Source: an uncultured Candidatus Saccharibacteria bacterium
GTDB taxonomy: Bacteria > Patescibacteriota > Minisyncoccia > Phycocordibacterales > DATDWN01
DNA length: 48,155 nucleotides
NCBI GenBank assembly: GCA_964597675.1
Contig: CAZQYV010000001.1
Span: 10,903-59,057 of the forward strand
Direction: 5' to 3'
Within the stretch, counting starts at the first letter, position 1. Each line of letters opens with the position of its first letter. Under the pieces are notes generated by a model. That model made no database searches, had not been told where the DNA came from, and saw nothing but the letters and a program-made list of their open reading frames with translations. Below, in pieces: positions 1 to 8,228 of this stretch. A program made the translations under genes and the position numbers.

Positions 1-824
1 TCGCGGCGAATAGTGGCTAGCATTTTTGAAAACATAGCTTCTTCCTTGTTATCTTCAAGGAGCTTGATTATTCTTGGTTTTATTTCATTCCTTATTTTTG
101 ATTTTTGATTTTTTAATTCTTTGTATATATCATCAATACTTCCAAATTTTACAATCAATTCCTGTGCTGTTTTCTCTCCAATACCTGGGATACCGATAAT
201 ATTATCTGATGGGTCGCCACGAAGCCCTTTGAAATCTGGTAGTAACTCTGGACCAAATCCAAACCTTTCGATGACTGCATCTTCATCATAAACGATAGTG
301 TCTTTGATTCCCTTTTTCAATGTATAGACCTGTACTTTTTTCCCTTGTATGAGTTGCATAGTGTCCATATCTCCAGAAGCAATGACCACATCAAGTGATG
401 CATCATCTTTTACATTTTCAACTATGGTACCCAACATATCATCTGCTTCAAATCCGGGAGATGAGTACATTGGAATATTGAAAGCAGTAAAAATATCTTT
501 TGATCTTTCGAGTTGATGGATCAAATCATCATCAGTCTTTTTGCGCCCTGCTTTGTAGTCTTCGTACAACTTGTGTCGCTCTGTTGGCTCTGGCAAGTCA
601 TAACAAGCCACAATATAATCTGGCCGAATATCTTTGACCAGTTTAATAACCATGGTGCATAGGCCATACAAGGCCCCTGTGGGCTCTCCTGTGGTTGATT
701 TGAAATCTGGCAAGGCATGATACGCGCGATGAAGAATAGCGTGCGTATCAAGAAGGGCTAGTGTTTTGTGTGATTTTCCAGCACTTTTCTCTAACTTTAT
801 TTTAGGTTGTTTCTGGCTCGGCAT
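1..824 (-). CDS. 5'-3' exonuclease / FEN domain protein (DNA polymerase I N-terminal type); C-terminal part runs off the left window edge
   Basis: Not in the ORF track (no stop in window). Hand translation of the minus strand from ATG 824-822 gives MPSQKQPKIKLEKSAGKSHKTLALLDTHAILHRAYHALPDFKSTTGEPTGALYGLCTMVIKLVKDIRPDYIVACYDLPEPTERHKLYEDYKAGRKK...KGLRGDPSDNIIGIPGIGEKTAQELI. This is the Pol I-type 5'-3' exonuclease plus H3TH signature. The start lies 8 nt after the tsaE stop. Confidence 0.8.
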   Translation of the reverse strand, partial: MPSQKQPKIKLEKSAGKSHKTLALLDTHAILHRAYHALPDFKSTTGEPTGALYGLCTMVIKLVKDIRPDYIVACYDLPEPTERHKLYEDYKAGRKKTDDDLIHQLERSKDIFTAFNIPMYSSPGFEADDMLGTIVENVKDDASLDVVIASGDMDTMQLIQGKKVQVYTLKKGIKDTIVYDEDAVIERFGFGPELLPDFKGLRGDPSDNIIGIPGIGEKTAQELIVKFGSIDDIYKELKNQKSKIRNEIKPRIIKLLEDNKEEAMFSKMLATIRR

Positions 825-831
825 ACTAGCA

Positions 832-1266
832 TTATACCACCATTTCGATCTCCCTTCCCTCTTCACCAAAGCTTGCAAATGTGATCTGTATGTGTGGTGG
901 CATAATCTCGGCCACTCGCTCGGGCCATTCGATCAAAATCAGATTATGTGGCTCTGCTGTAATATTATTCCACCCAAGAGATGAAAGTTCGTTAGGGTGG
1001 TCGAGACGATATGCGTCAATATGAATCATGTGTGTAAAACCACTGTGGGCATGAGGCAATGGGTATATTTTTTCAATAACAAATGTTGGACTAACGACAT
1101 GATCAGTAATACCGAGTGCCATTGCCACTCCTTGTGTAAATGAAGTTTTGCCTGCGCCAAGATCTCCGTATAAACCAACAACCGTCGCCTTGTCTGTAGA
1201 GGCAGAAAGTGTTTGTATAAAATCGGCAGCAATTTTTTGTGTCTCTTCTAAATTTTTGGCGCGCAT
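832..1266 (-). CDS. tsaE: tRNA t6A biosynthesis ATPase TsaE (YjeE family)
   Basis: 144 aa with P-loop GDLGAGKTSFTQG and HIDAYRL motif. Size and layout are typical of TsaE. Confidence 0.85.
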   Translation of the reverse strand: MRAKNLEETQKIAADFIQTLSASTDKATVVGLYGDLGAGKTSFTQGVAMALGITDHVVSPTFVIEKIYPLPHAHSGFTHMIHIDAYRLDHPNELSSLGWNNITAEPHNLILIEWPERVAEIMPPHIQITFASFGEEGREIEMVV

Positions 1267-1280
1267 AGAGATATACTAAC

Positions 1281-1441
1281 ATAAAACTATTTACTCAACA
1301 TTTCTTTTTTGGAGCAATCTATCTAGCCCTACTGGGCTAGCGAACTTCTCGTCGTTCAAGAAAACAATGTCGGAATACCTCCTTGTTTTCTAAACTCCTG
1401 CGAAAGGCTCAAAAAAAGAAAAGTTTTCGTCATAGTTTTAT
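1281..1441 (-). repeat. Structured intergenic element, type C copy 1 (sense orientation = minus strand)
   Basis: About 100-nt core is ~96% identical to 46872-47035. Outer helix ATAAAACTA (1281-1289) pairs with TAGTTTTAT (1433-1441). Read on the minus strand: TTTGAGC-CTTTCGCAGG-[GAAAACAA..TTGTTTTC hairpin]-GACGAGAAGTTCG-[CTAGCCC AGTA GGGCTAG]-ATAGATTGCTCC. Confidence 0.8.
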
Positions 1442-1517
1442 TTTAATAGTGAGTTGTTTATATAAAAAATCGGCTACCTCCACAATGGAAGGTAGCCGCA
1501 TGAACAAGCTCGGCGCT

Positions 1518-2207
1518 CTACTGCGCCTGATAAACTTTTTGGAGTTGGACGTCCCAAAAATATGACTGTTTCGCCCGTCCAGACGAAACGTCATAGGCAG
1601 ACAACTGGAACCACTGTGATTTCAGCAGCCCCAAACTTCCGTCAGGGAATCGCCCTTTGGCGCTATATTGGAACTGAATGTAATTAGAATCAGTCCATAT
1701 TTCGCGCGAGCGGAACAGTGTCAGTGCCCCACCTGGACACAGATTGGAGACTATTTCCCCATCCTCGTCCTCGATGCTAATTGGACGAGAATGAATGTTC
1801 GTCACACGCAACTTTACGTGTGACTGGAATGAACGACTACCTGTGGCGCGGGGTGCCACCGAAACCGTACCGGCTTCACAGCCGGTGATCTGCGCATTGA
1901 GTATCGCTCGCGTCTCGAGCTGGGCAGACTCTCGCTCAAATCTTTCCCTCTTCTCCATCACTTGCCGCGCCTTCTTTTCGGAAGGCACCTCGAGTCTGCG
2001 TTTCCGCTCCTCGAGCTTTTTGATCTCCTCGCGGAGCTCAAACTCTCGAGCGAGCAGTTTGATCTCCTGCTCACGCGCCGTCAATTGTGGGTCGTCGGCG
2101 GAAACCCGCTCGATGACTGATTCTTTATTTTGCTTGTCTTTTTTCTCCGCCGATGCGGAGAAGGAAAAAACGAGCACGAAAATGAGGAAAAAGTTGTAGC
2201 GCCGCAT
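1518..2207 (-). CDS. Secreted coiled-coil protein of unknown function, compositionally atypical (GC-rich)
   Basis: Start ATG at 2207-2205 sits 6 nt after GGAGGTGA, with TATAAT just upstream. Signal peptide MRRYNFFLIFVLVFSFSASA, then a K/E/R-rich coiled coil and a beta-rich C-terminal half. My G+C counts for the ten consecutive 60-nt lines from 1501 to 2100 are 27-36 of 60. Confidence 0.7.
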   Translation of the reverse strand: MRRYNFFLIFVLVFSFSASAEKKDKQNKESVIERVSADDPQLTAREQEIKLLAREFELREEIKKLEERKRRLEVPSEKKARQVMEKRERFERESAQLETRAILNAQITGCEAGTVSVAPRATGSRSFQSHVKLRVTNIHSRPISIEDEDGEIVSNLCPGGALTLFRSREIWTDSNYIQFQYSAKGRFPDGSLGLLKSQWFQLSAYDVSSGRAKQSYFWDVQLQKVYQAQ

Positions 2208-2313
2208 GGCGGTCACCTCCACCTTATATTATACACCCAAATGGCTTTTTTGTCAATAGCATCTATTGCTCAATCTTATTTGGTTGTTATACACAAATCA
2301 CTGATAAAAAGGT

Positions 2314-4008
2314 GTGATATACTATGGATATATGGTTATCTTTGACGAAGACAAACAAAATAAGCGTATTGATGAACTCCGTAAAAGAGAGGAGGAGGAC
2401 TTGGCCCAGATGCTGTCTGGCAAGTATGGCGTCCCCTACCTCGATCTAACTGTCACCCCAATCAATATTGATGCCTTGCGTATCACGAGCGAAATTGAGG
2501 CTCGTGAGGGGCAACTTGCTGTCTTTAATGAAGTGAATAAAATCGTCAGTGTTGGTGTCCTATCTCCAAACAACCCTAAAACAAAAGAAATCCTCGGCCA
2601 CATCACCACCAAAGGGTATAAGGTTGATGTGTTTATGGTCTCTCACGCCAGCTTGAATAAGGTATGGGAACGATACAAAGATTTATCGTACTCATTTGAA
2701 ACAAAATCTGGCGCACTTGATATTTCCAACGAGCAAATCACTGAATTTCTTTCCAAAGTGCATACTATTACTGATGTACAAAAACTGATCGGTGATGTAT
2801 TGCAGATGAAAAAAAGTTATCGTATTTCACGAATCCTTGAAATTATTTTGGCTGGTGCGATTGCTTTGAACGCATCTGATGTTCACCTTGAACCAGAAGA
2901 AGAATATGTCCGCTTGCGATACCGTCTCGATGGCATGCTAACCGATATATTGGAATTTGATCGGGAAACATTTAAATTATTGTTGTCACGTATCAAGTTG
3001 GTATCAAATTTGAAAATCAATACAGATGGTGCACAGGATGGCCGTTTTAGTATTAAAATCAGCGACAGTGAGATTGAAATCCGTACATCTATGCTCCCAG
3101 GGGCATATAGTGAATCGGTTGTGTTGCGGGTATTAAATCCAAATGCTATCTCTGTACCTTTTGAAGACTTAGGTATTCATCCTCGACTCCTCAAACTGAT
3201 CGAGCACGAAATGAACAAGCCAAACGGTATGATTCTCAATACCGGTCCAACTGGCTCTGGAAAAACAACAACACTCTATGCTTTTCTGAAAAAAGTGCAC
3301 ACCCCCGAGATAAAGATTATTACTATTGAAAACCCGATCGAGTACCACCTACCAGGTATTGTTCAAACACAGACTGATGAAAAAAAGGAGTACACTTTTG
3401 CAGCGGGACTTCGAAGTGCCTTACGACAAGACCCTGATGTTATTATGGTTGGTGAAATTCGTGATAATGAAACAGCAGAAATTGCTGTAAATTCAGCTCT
3501 GACCGGACACTTGGTTTTCTCGACACTTCACACAAACAATGCAGCCGGTACATTTCCCCGCCTAATCGACCTTGGTATCAACCCAAAAATCCTTTCCTCT
3601 GCTATCAATCTGGCTATGGCACAACGACTTGTCCGAAAAGTATGTCAGTCCTGCAAACAAGAAGTACCACTACAAGGAAAAGATAAGGAAGTAATCACAT
3701 CAATTATTGAAAGTATTACTGACAAAACATACCTCGAAGGTGTACAAACAGATCACACATGGAAAGGTGTTGGGTGTGAAAAGTGTAATTTTACCGGATA
3801 CAAAGGGCGTATTGGTATTTACGAGGCGATCGCTATGACAGAAAATATTGAAAAAGTTGTGAAGGAAAACCCCAGCGAACGTGAAATAAGAAAAGCTTCT
3901 GTCGACCAAGGAATTCTCGATCTACGGCAAGATGGGGTCATTAAAATCCTGCAAGGTACTACAACACTTGATGAATTGTCACGTATTGTTGATGTTGAAG
4001 CAGAATAA
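2314..4008 (+). CDS. pilB: Type IV pilus / type II secretion ATPase (PilB/GspE family)
   Basis: 564 aa. Has a GspE-type N-terminal domain, Walker A GPTGSGKTTT, Walker B DPDVIMVGEIRD and a tetracysteine CQSC...CEKC. Start may be GTG 2314 or ATG 2332. Confidence 0.85.
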   Translation: MIYYGYMVIFDEDKQNKRIDELRKREEEDLAQMLSGKYGVPYLDLTVTPINIDALRITSEIEAREGQLAVFNEVNKIVSVGVLSPNNPKTKEILGHITTKGYKVDVFMVSHASLNKVWERYKDLSYSFETKSGALDISNEQITEFLSKVHTITDVQKLIGDVLQMKKSYRISRILEIILAGAIALNASDVHLEPEEEYVRLRYRLDGMLTDILEFDRETFKLLLSRIKLVSNLKINTDGAQDGRFSIKISDSEIEIRTSMLPGAYSESVVLRVLNPNAISVPFEDLGIHPRLLKLIEHEMNKPNGMILNTGPTGSGKTTTLYAFLKKVHTPEIKIITIENPIEYHLPGIVQTQTDEKKEYTFAAGLRSALRQDPDVIMVGEIRDNETAEIAVNSALTGHLVFSTLHTNNAAGTFPRLIDLGINPKILSSAINLAMAQRLVRKVCQSCKQEVPLQGKDKEVITSIIESITDKTYLEGVQTDHTWKGVGCEKCNFTGYKGRIGIYEAIAMTENIEKVVKENPSEREIRKASVDQGILDLRQDGVIKILQGTTTLDELSRIVDVEAE

Positions 4009-4144
4009 TACTGACTGAAACATAGTAAATTACTTAGCACAAGAGTTGCCACCTATTTTTTTTGAGGTTGTAGTGCAAAAAGTCCTTGCGAAAGACGGTT
4101 GAGTGTGAATAATTATATCTAGAGATTTTTTGGAATAGAAAAAA

Positions 4145-4310
4145 CTCCAAAACATAAATCTCTAAGCAACACTTTTAATAATCGATACCAAAAGCTAAAT
4201 GTTTCGCAAAGGATAGTCCCAGGATATATCATAAAGATATACCCAGAACGTCCTCGCAGAAAAACTCGTAACCCTTACGGGCCAGTTGCTTAGAGATTTA
4301 TATTTTGGAG
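4145..4310. other. 166-nt long-range hairpin (26-bp closing helix) in the 377-bp pilB-ruvB spacer; possible divergent member of the element family or a separate ncRNA
   Basis: CTCCAAAACATAAATCTCTAAGCAAC (4145-4170) is complementary to GTTGCTTAGAGATTTATATTTTGGAG (4285-4310) with one mismatch. That mismatch is C-A on plus and G-U on minus. Interior holds TTCGCAAAGG plus local hairpins (CGTAA CCC TTACG). A CTTGCGAAAG motif lies at 4086-4095. Confidence 0.5.
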
Positions 4311-4385
4311 CAATGGAATTGATACATTACTCACTTTTTTCAAGCTGAGATACGTGCCGGGTAAGTCTAGCATAAAAAACTTTTT

Positions 4386-5393
4386 ATGTCAAGTAAGGCC
4401 ACACAGAAGGATATAATGGAAAATGACAACCTGTTTCTCGATACGACCCTACGTCCATCACGGTGGGATGATTATGTTGGTCAAACAAATATAAAAAGTA
4501 ACCTCCACATACTACTTACAGCCGCACAAGAGAGAAATCACCCCCCTGAACACATCCTTTTTTATGGTCCACCAGGGTTAGGTAAAACTACCTTGGCCCA
4601 CCTTGTAGCAAAAGAAATGCAGGCACAAATGAAGGTTACCTCTGGACCTGCTATCGAAAAGATTGGCGATCTCGCTTCGATTCTGACCAACTTGTCAGCT
4701 GGTGATATTTTGTTTATTGATGAAATCCATCGTCTTAATAAGACAATTGAGGAAGTCCTCTACCCTGCTATGGAATCTGGCTCGCTCGATATTATTATTG
4801 GTAAAGGTCCATCTGCACGAACAATACAACTTGAGCTCCCCCCATTTACACTAATTGGTGCAACCACCCGTATAGCCATGATTTCATCGCCACTTCGATC
4901 AAGATTTTCTGGTGGTATTTTTAAACTTGAATTTTACTCTGAAGCAGAAATACAAAAAATAGTAGAGAGATCTGCAAATATTCTAGGTGTTAATATGCAC
5001 AAAGATGCGGGAGAAGAAATATCTAAACGAAGCCGTTATACACCACGTACTGCAAACTATTTTTTGAAACGCGCGCGTGATTATGCCCAAGTCCATAAAA
5101 CAGATTTAAACAGAACCACAGTCACTGAGGCATTAAAGCTCCTTGGTGTAGATGAAAAGGGGCTGACGTTTGCAGATCGTGAAATTTTGGAAGCAATTAT
5201 AAATAAATTTGGTGGTGGCCCTGTTGGATTAAATACAATCGCATCATCCTTATCTGAAGAAGAGGCAACAATCGAAGAGTTCAACGAGCCATATTTGATC
5301 CAAATCGGCTTTATAGACCGTACACCTCGTGGACGTATAGCTACAGAACATGCCTACCGCCATCTGGGACTGACACCACCGACGTTATTATAA
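4386..5393 (+). CDS. ruvB: Holliday junction branch migration helicase RuvB
   Basis: 335 aa with LRPSRWDDYVGQ, Walker A GPPGLGKTTLA and Walker B LFIDEIHRL. Full-length RuvB layout. Confidence 0.95.
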   Translation: MSSKATQKDIMENDNLFLDTTLRPSRWDDYVGQTNIKSNLHILLTAAQERNHPPEHILFYGPPGLGKTTLAHLVAKEMQAQMKVTSGPAIEKIGDLASILTNLSAGDILFIDEIHRLNKTIEEVLYPAMESGSLDIIIGKGPSARTIQLELPPFTLIGATTRIAMISSPLRSRFSGGIFKLEFYSEAEIQKIVERSANILGVNMHKDAGEEISKRSRYTPRTANYFLKRARDYAQVHKTDLNRTTVTEALKLLGVDEKGLTFADREILEAIINKFGGGPVGLNTIASSLSEEEATIEEFNEPYLIQIGFIDRTPRGRIATEHAYRHLGLTPPTLL

Positions 5394-5430
5394 TCTTGAT
5401 TCTTTACTAGTTATTCTATATTCTGTCACT

Positions 5431-5961
5431 ATGAGCGGACATAACAAATGGTCAAAAATTAAAAGACAAAAAGAAAAAACTGATGGCCAAAAGTCAAAAA
5501 TTTTTGGTAAGTTAGTTAAATTAATCACTGTTGAAGCTAAAAAAGCGGGTGGAAACCTCCAATCTCCTGGGCTTAAAAACGCAATAGAAAAAGCAAAAGC
5601 AGCAAACGTCCCTAATGATAACATTGAGCGTGCAGTCAAAAAATCAACTGAAGGTGGGGCTGCCATGGAATCAATTACCTACGAAGCGTATGGTCCTGGT
5701 GGATGTGGAATTATCATCGAAGCACTGACAGATAACAGAAACAAAGCTGTAGCAGAAATAAAGCATATTCTGTCTAAACATGGTTTTTCTATTGCCAGTA
5801 TTGGATCAGTCACATGGGCATTTGAGCGAACACCTGATATGGAGTGGAATCCAACAACCACTATTCCCCTCTCTGATGAAGATGGAGAGAAGCTTGGTGA
5901 GCTTGTTGATGCTCTCGAGGAAAATGATGAGGTACAGGATGTGTATACAAATGCGGAATAA
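5431..5961 (+). CDS. yebC: YebC/PmpR family protein, unusually short (176 aa)
   Basis: MSGHNKWSKIKRQK...NVPNDNIERAVKK...YEAYGPGGCGIIIEALTDNRNK...DEVQDVYTN matches the YebC signature. The protein is about 60 aa shorter than typical homologues. Confidence 0.85.
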   Translation: MSGHNKWSKIKRQKEKTDGQKSKIFGKLVKLITVEAKKAGGNLQSPGLKNAIEKAKAANVPNDNIERAVKKSTEGGAAMESITYEAYGPGGCGIIIEALTDNRNKAVAEIKHILSKHGFSIASIGSVTWAFERTPDMEWNPTTTIPLSDEDGEKLGELVDALEENDEVQDVYTNAE

Positions 5962-5962
5962 T

Positions 5963-6454
5963 ATGAGGATACTTTCTATTGACCCAGGGTATGAACGACT
6001 TGGTATTGCAATCATAGAAAAAGAACTAAAACAAAAGGAGGTTTTGCTATACTCTGCATGTTTTAAAACTAGTGCACGAATACCCCACCACGAGCGCCTT
6101 GTGTTTATTGGTGATGAAATAAAGAAAATAATAAAAAAATATAAACCAACAGCACTGGCGACTGAAAAATTATTTTTTAGTAAAAACCAAAAAACTGCCC
6201 TATTGGTAGCAGAAGCCCGTGGGGTGATTTTGTACACAGCGAGTGAGGCAGGACTTTCGGTCTTTGAATATACACCTGCAGATATAAAAATAGCAGTGAC
6301 AGGGTATGGTAGAAGTGAAAAGAGACAGATTATTGATATGGTTAAAAAGTTAATTGTTGTCACTTCAAAAACAAATTCGGATGATGAATTTGATGCAATC
6401 GCTATTGGACTAACTCATTTCGCCATCAACCGACCCAGTAAAGTGGAAAAGTAA
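5963..6454 (+). CDS. ruvC: Holliday junction resolvase RuvC
   Basis: The true start is MRILSIDPGYERLGIAIIE at 5963. The track ORF 5780..6454 carries an upstream extension overlapping yebC. 163 aa, with a C-terminal DEFDAIAIGLTH motif. Confidence 0.9.
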   Translation: MRILSIDPGYERLGIAIIEKELKQKEVLLYSACFKTSARIPHHERLVFIGDEIKKIIKKYKPTALATEKLFFSKNQKTALLVAEARGVILYTASEAGLSVFEYTPADIKIAVTGYGRSEKRQIIDMVKKLIVVTSKTNSDDEFDAIAIGLTHFAINRPSKVEK

Positions 6455-6576
6455 AAAACCTCATTGAGCAAGTTGTTTTGGGAGACTTCGCAAGGCCGAC
6501 GGGCCGAGACTTGAGAAATTTTTCAGCAGAAAAATATTCGTGCTCCCAAAACAACTTGGTGAAAAAGAGGTTTTTT
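6453..6576 (+). repeat. Structured intergenic element, type A copy 1
   Basis: Outer helix AAAAAACCTC (6453-6462) pairs with GAGGTTTTTT (6567-6576). Closing helix AGTTGTTTTGGGAG (6471-6484) pairs with CTCCCAAAACAACT (6543-6556). Core: ACTTCGCAAG-GGCC GACG GGCC-GAGACTTGAG-GAAATTTTTC AGCA GAAAAATATTC-GTG. It begins at the ruvC stop codon. Confidence 0.85.
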
Positions 6577-6685
6577 ACTTTTCCACAAAAGCCCTATTTG
6601 CAAAAAAATTATAATCTGGTACAAATATGGAAAATCTATCAAACATTGTTTGGAGATGGTATTACAAGACATTTAAAATATATCT

Positions 6686-6940
6686 ATGGATGATGACGCA
6701 AAAGAGCAAGAGGAAGAATTTGATTTCCCTGGTGAAATAATAAAAAACGGGAAAAAAGGTAAAGGTGGAAGTGTATTACCCCCCGATGATGATCTACCTG
6801 AAGATGAATTAGATCCCGCAGTAGAGGAGCCGATTGACCCAGACCTTGCAGAAGAACCAGAGGAAGAATCTCTTGATAAAATGATCGAAGAAGAACTTGA
6901 TGAAGGAGATGAACCGTATGATGATGTAAGTGATTGGTAG
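6686..6940 (+). CDS. Small, extremely acidic protein (84 aa), function unknown
   Basis: D/E/P-rich throughout and ends in DDVSDW. A clean terminator follows. Coding status is plausible but not provable from sequence alone. Confidence 0.5.
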   Translation: MDDDAKEQEEEFDFPGEIIKNGKKGKGGSVLPPDDDLPEDELDPAVEEPIDPDLAEEPEEESLDKMIEEELDEGDEPYDDVSDW

Positions 6941-6944
6941 TAGT

Positions 6945-6972
6945 AAAAAACCCACTATACAGTGGGTTTTTT
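6945..6972. terminator. Bidirectional rho-independent terminator between convergent genes
   Basis: AAAAAA-CCCACT-ATAC-AGTGGG-TTTTTT. Confidence 0.8.
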
Positions 6973-6973
6973 A

Positions 6974-8200
6974 CTACTTATGTGTAATTTTTACAAAACG
7001 CCGTTTGCCTATTTTATAAACCCCATCTTCTGCCACAACATCAGGATTTGTTACTTTACTATCTGTATCAACATTTGAAATAGCATTATCCAAAACCAAC
7101 CGTCTCCACTCTGTGTTTGAACTAACTGCACCACTCATCTGCACGACCACATCCATAAGTTTTGTTCCCTCTGGCACAATAATTTCTTGAATATTTTCTG
7201 GAACACCTTTTCCGGCAAATGTATTATCAAAATTATTTTTTGCTTTTTCTGCAGATTGTTTACCGTGATATAAAGAAACAATTTCAGATGCCAATTCAAT
7301 CTTTGAATCACGAGGGTTGGCACCAGAGTTAATCTCTGCATGTATTTTTGAAATATGAGATGTAGGTGTTTGGGTCACTAATTCAAATGCAGGAATAATC
7401 ATGTCATCCGTCCAACTCATTACCTTTCCAAACATATCATCTGCTGTCTGATCCAATGAAATCATATTATTTTCAGTCTTTCCCATCTTTTTACCAGATG
7501 AATCAACAAGTAACTTTGTTGTAATAACAAATTTTTCTTTATTTTTAATTATTTTCAATAAATCACGCCCCATCAACATATTAAACATTTGATCATTACC
7601 CCCAATTTCGCCATCAACATCCATAGCAATAGAATCATACCCTTGCATAAGTGGGTACAAAAATTCGTGTATATATACTGGTTTGCCTTCTTTTGCTCTC
7701 TGAACAAACATATCACGTTTGAGCATCTGATCCACAGTTACTAGTGAGGTCAGTTCTAGAACATCAGCAAACGTCATAGGCGACAACCATTTTGCATTAT
7801 ATTTAAAAAGAGCTTTATTTGATCCAGAAAAAGAAATGAATTTTGATGCTTGTTTTTTATATTGGGCGAGATTACTTAAAACCTCTTTTTTAGTCAATTT
7901 CCTACGTGTTGCGCTTTTGTCTGTGGGATCACCAATCATAGCTGTAAAATCACCCATTAAAAGGATTATTTGATGCCCAAGTTTCTGAAATTCTGCCAAG
8001 CGAAGTAGTGGTATAACATGGCCCATATGTAGAGTTGGTCCAGTAGGATCAATACCAAGATAAAGTGTCACTCTCTCTCCTCTCATCATTTTTGATTTCA
8101 CAAAATCTCTACTTGGAAATACGTTCTCAATACCACGAGATAGAAGTTCATCAATCCTTTTTTCATCAATAATAGGTTTTGTTTTTGAAAATCCCAACAT
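6974..8200 (-). CDS. tyrS: Tyrosyl-tRNA synthetase
   Basis: 408 aa. HIGH motif in GIDPTGPTLHMGHVIPL, KMSKS-type motif in KKMGKTE, and a C-terminal S4-like domain. Confidence 0.9.
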   Translation of the reverse strand: MLGFSKTKPIIDEKRIDELLSRGIENVFPSRDFVKSKMMRGERVTLYLGIDPTGPTLHMGHVIPLLRLAEFQKLGHQIILLMGDFTAMIGDPTDKSATRRKLTKKEVLSNLAQYKKQASKFISFSGSNKALFKYNAKWLSPMTFADVLELTSLVTVDQMLKRDMFVQRAKEGKPVYIHEFLYPLMQGYDSIAMDVDGEIGGNDQMFNMLMGRDLLKIIKNKEKFVITTKLLVDSSGKKMGKTENNMISLDQTADDMFGKVMSWTDDMIIPAFELVTQTPTSHISKIHAEINSGANPRDSKIELASEIVSLYHGKQSAEKAKNNFDNTFAGKGVPENIQEIIVPEGTKLMDVVVQMSGAVSSNTEWRRLVLDNAISNVDTDSKVTNPDVVAEDGVYKIGKRRFVKITHK

Positions 8201-8228
8201 ATTATCACTTTACCATATTTGTGATAGT

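Noticed and set aside
1383-1565. Track ORF MFSKLLRKAQKKK... and its twin at 46975..47214 (MFSKLLRKAPVKT...), which look like a conserved small protein.
   Set aside because: Both begin inside the two type C repeat copies at a non-ATG start. The shared N-terminus is just the translated repeat. They diverge as soon as the repeat ends and run across non-coding structure.
2314-4008. PilB/GspE ATPase as the missing VirB11-type ATPase of the T4SS-like cluster.
   Set aside because: It carries the GspE/PilB-type N-terminal domain and tetracysteine motif, and is more than 10 kb from the cluster with unrelated genes between. It is more likely a type IV pilus or competence ATPase.
5780-5962. N-terminal extensions of track ORFs (ruvC 5780-5962, rnpA 13499-13600, dnaA 13338-13445, rpsO 40439-40474, helicase 31556-31615, VirB4 20224-20289, M23 31692-31784).
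   Set aside because: The extensions overlap upstream genes or lack homology. Internal starts restore the canonical family N-termini and sensible RBS spacing.
5806-6363. Antisense or shadow ORFs such as 5806..6363(-), 1795..2199(+), 18875..19468(+), 24460..24942(+), 42020..42469(-), 43059..43382(+) and 43803..44120(+).
   Set aside because: Each overlaps a gene with strong family motifs on the opposite strand (ruvC, the GC-rich gene, virB4, the VirB6-like gene, xth, cca) and has no motif of its own.
6453-6576. Interpreting the elements as ordinary rho-independent terminators.
   Set aside because: They are 123-164 nt long with three helices and conserved single-stranded junctions. Three copies lie antisense to both neighbours, and one sits inside an operon. 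Simple terminators in this same window (6945-6972, 41498-41529, 43004-43027) are 24-32 nt. A terminator-like role for the outer helix with its TTTTGT tail is not excluded.
6478-6693. Track ORFs crossing type A/B elements (6478..6693, 18201..18524, 39284..39472).
   Set aside because: They span structured repeats and intergenic sequence, lack ribosome-binding sites, and their similar peptide stretches (e.g. ...FARPTGRDLRNF... / ...FASATARDLRKI...) are translations of the conserved element core.
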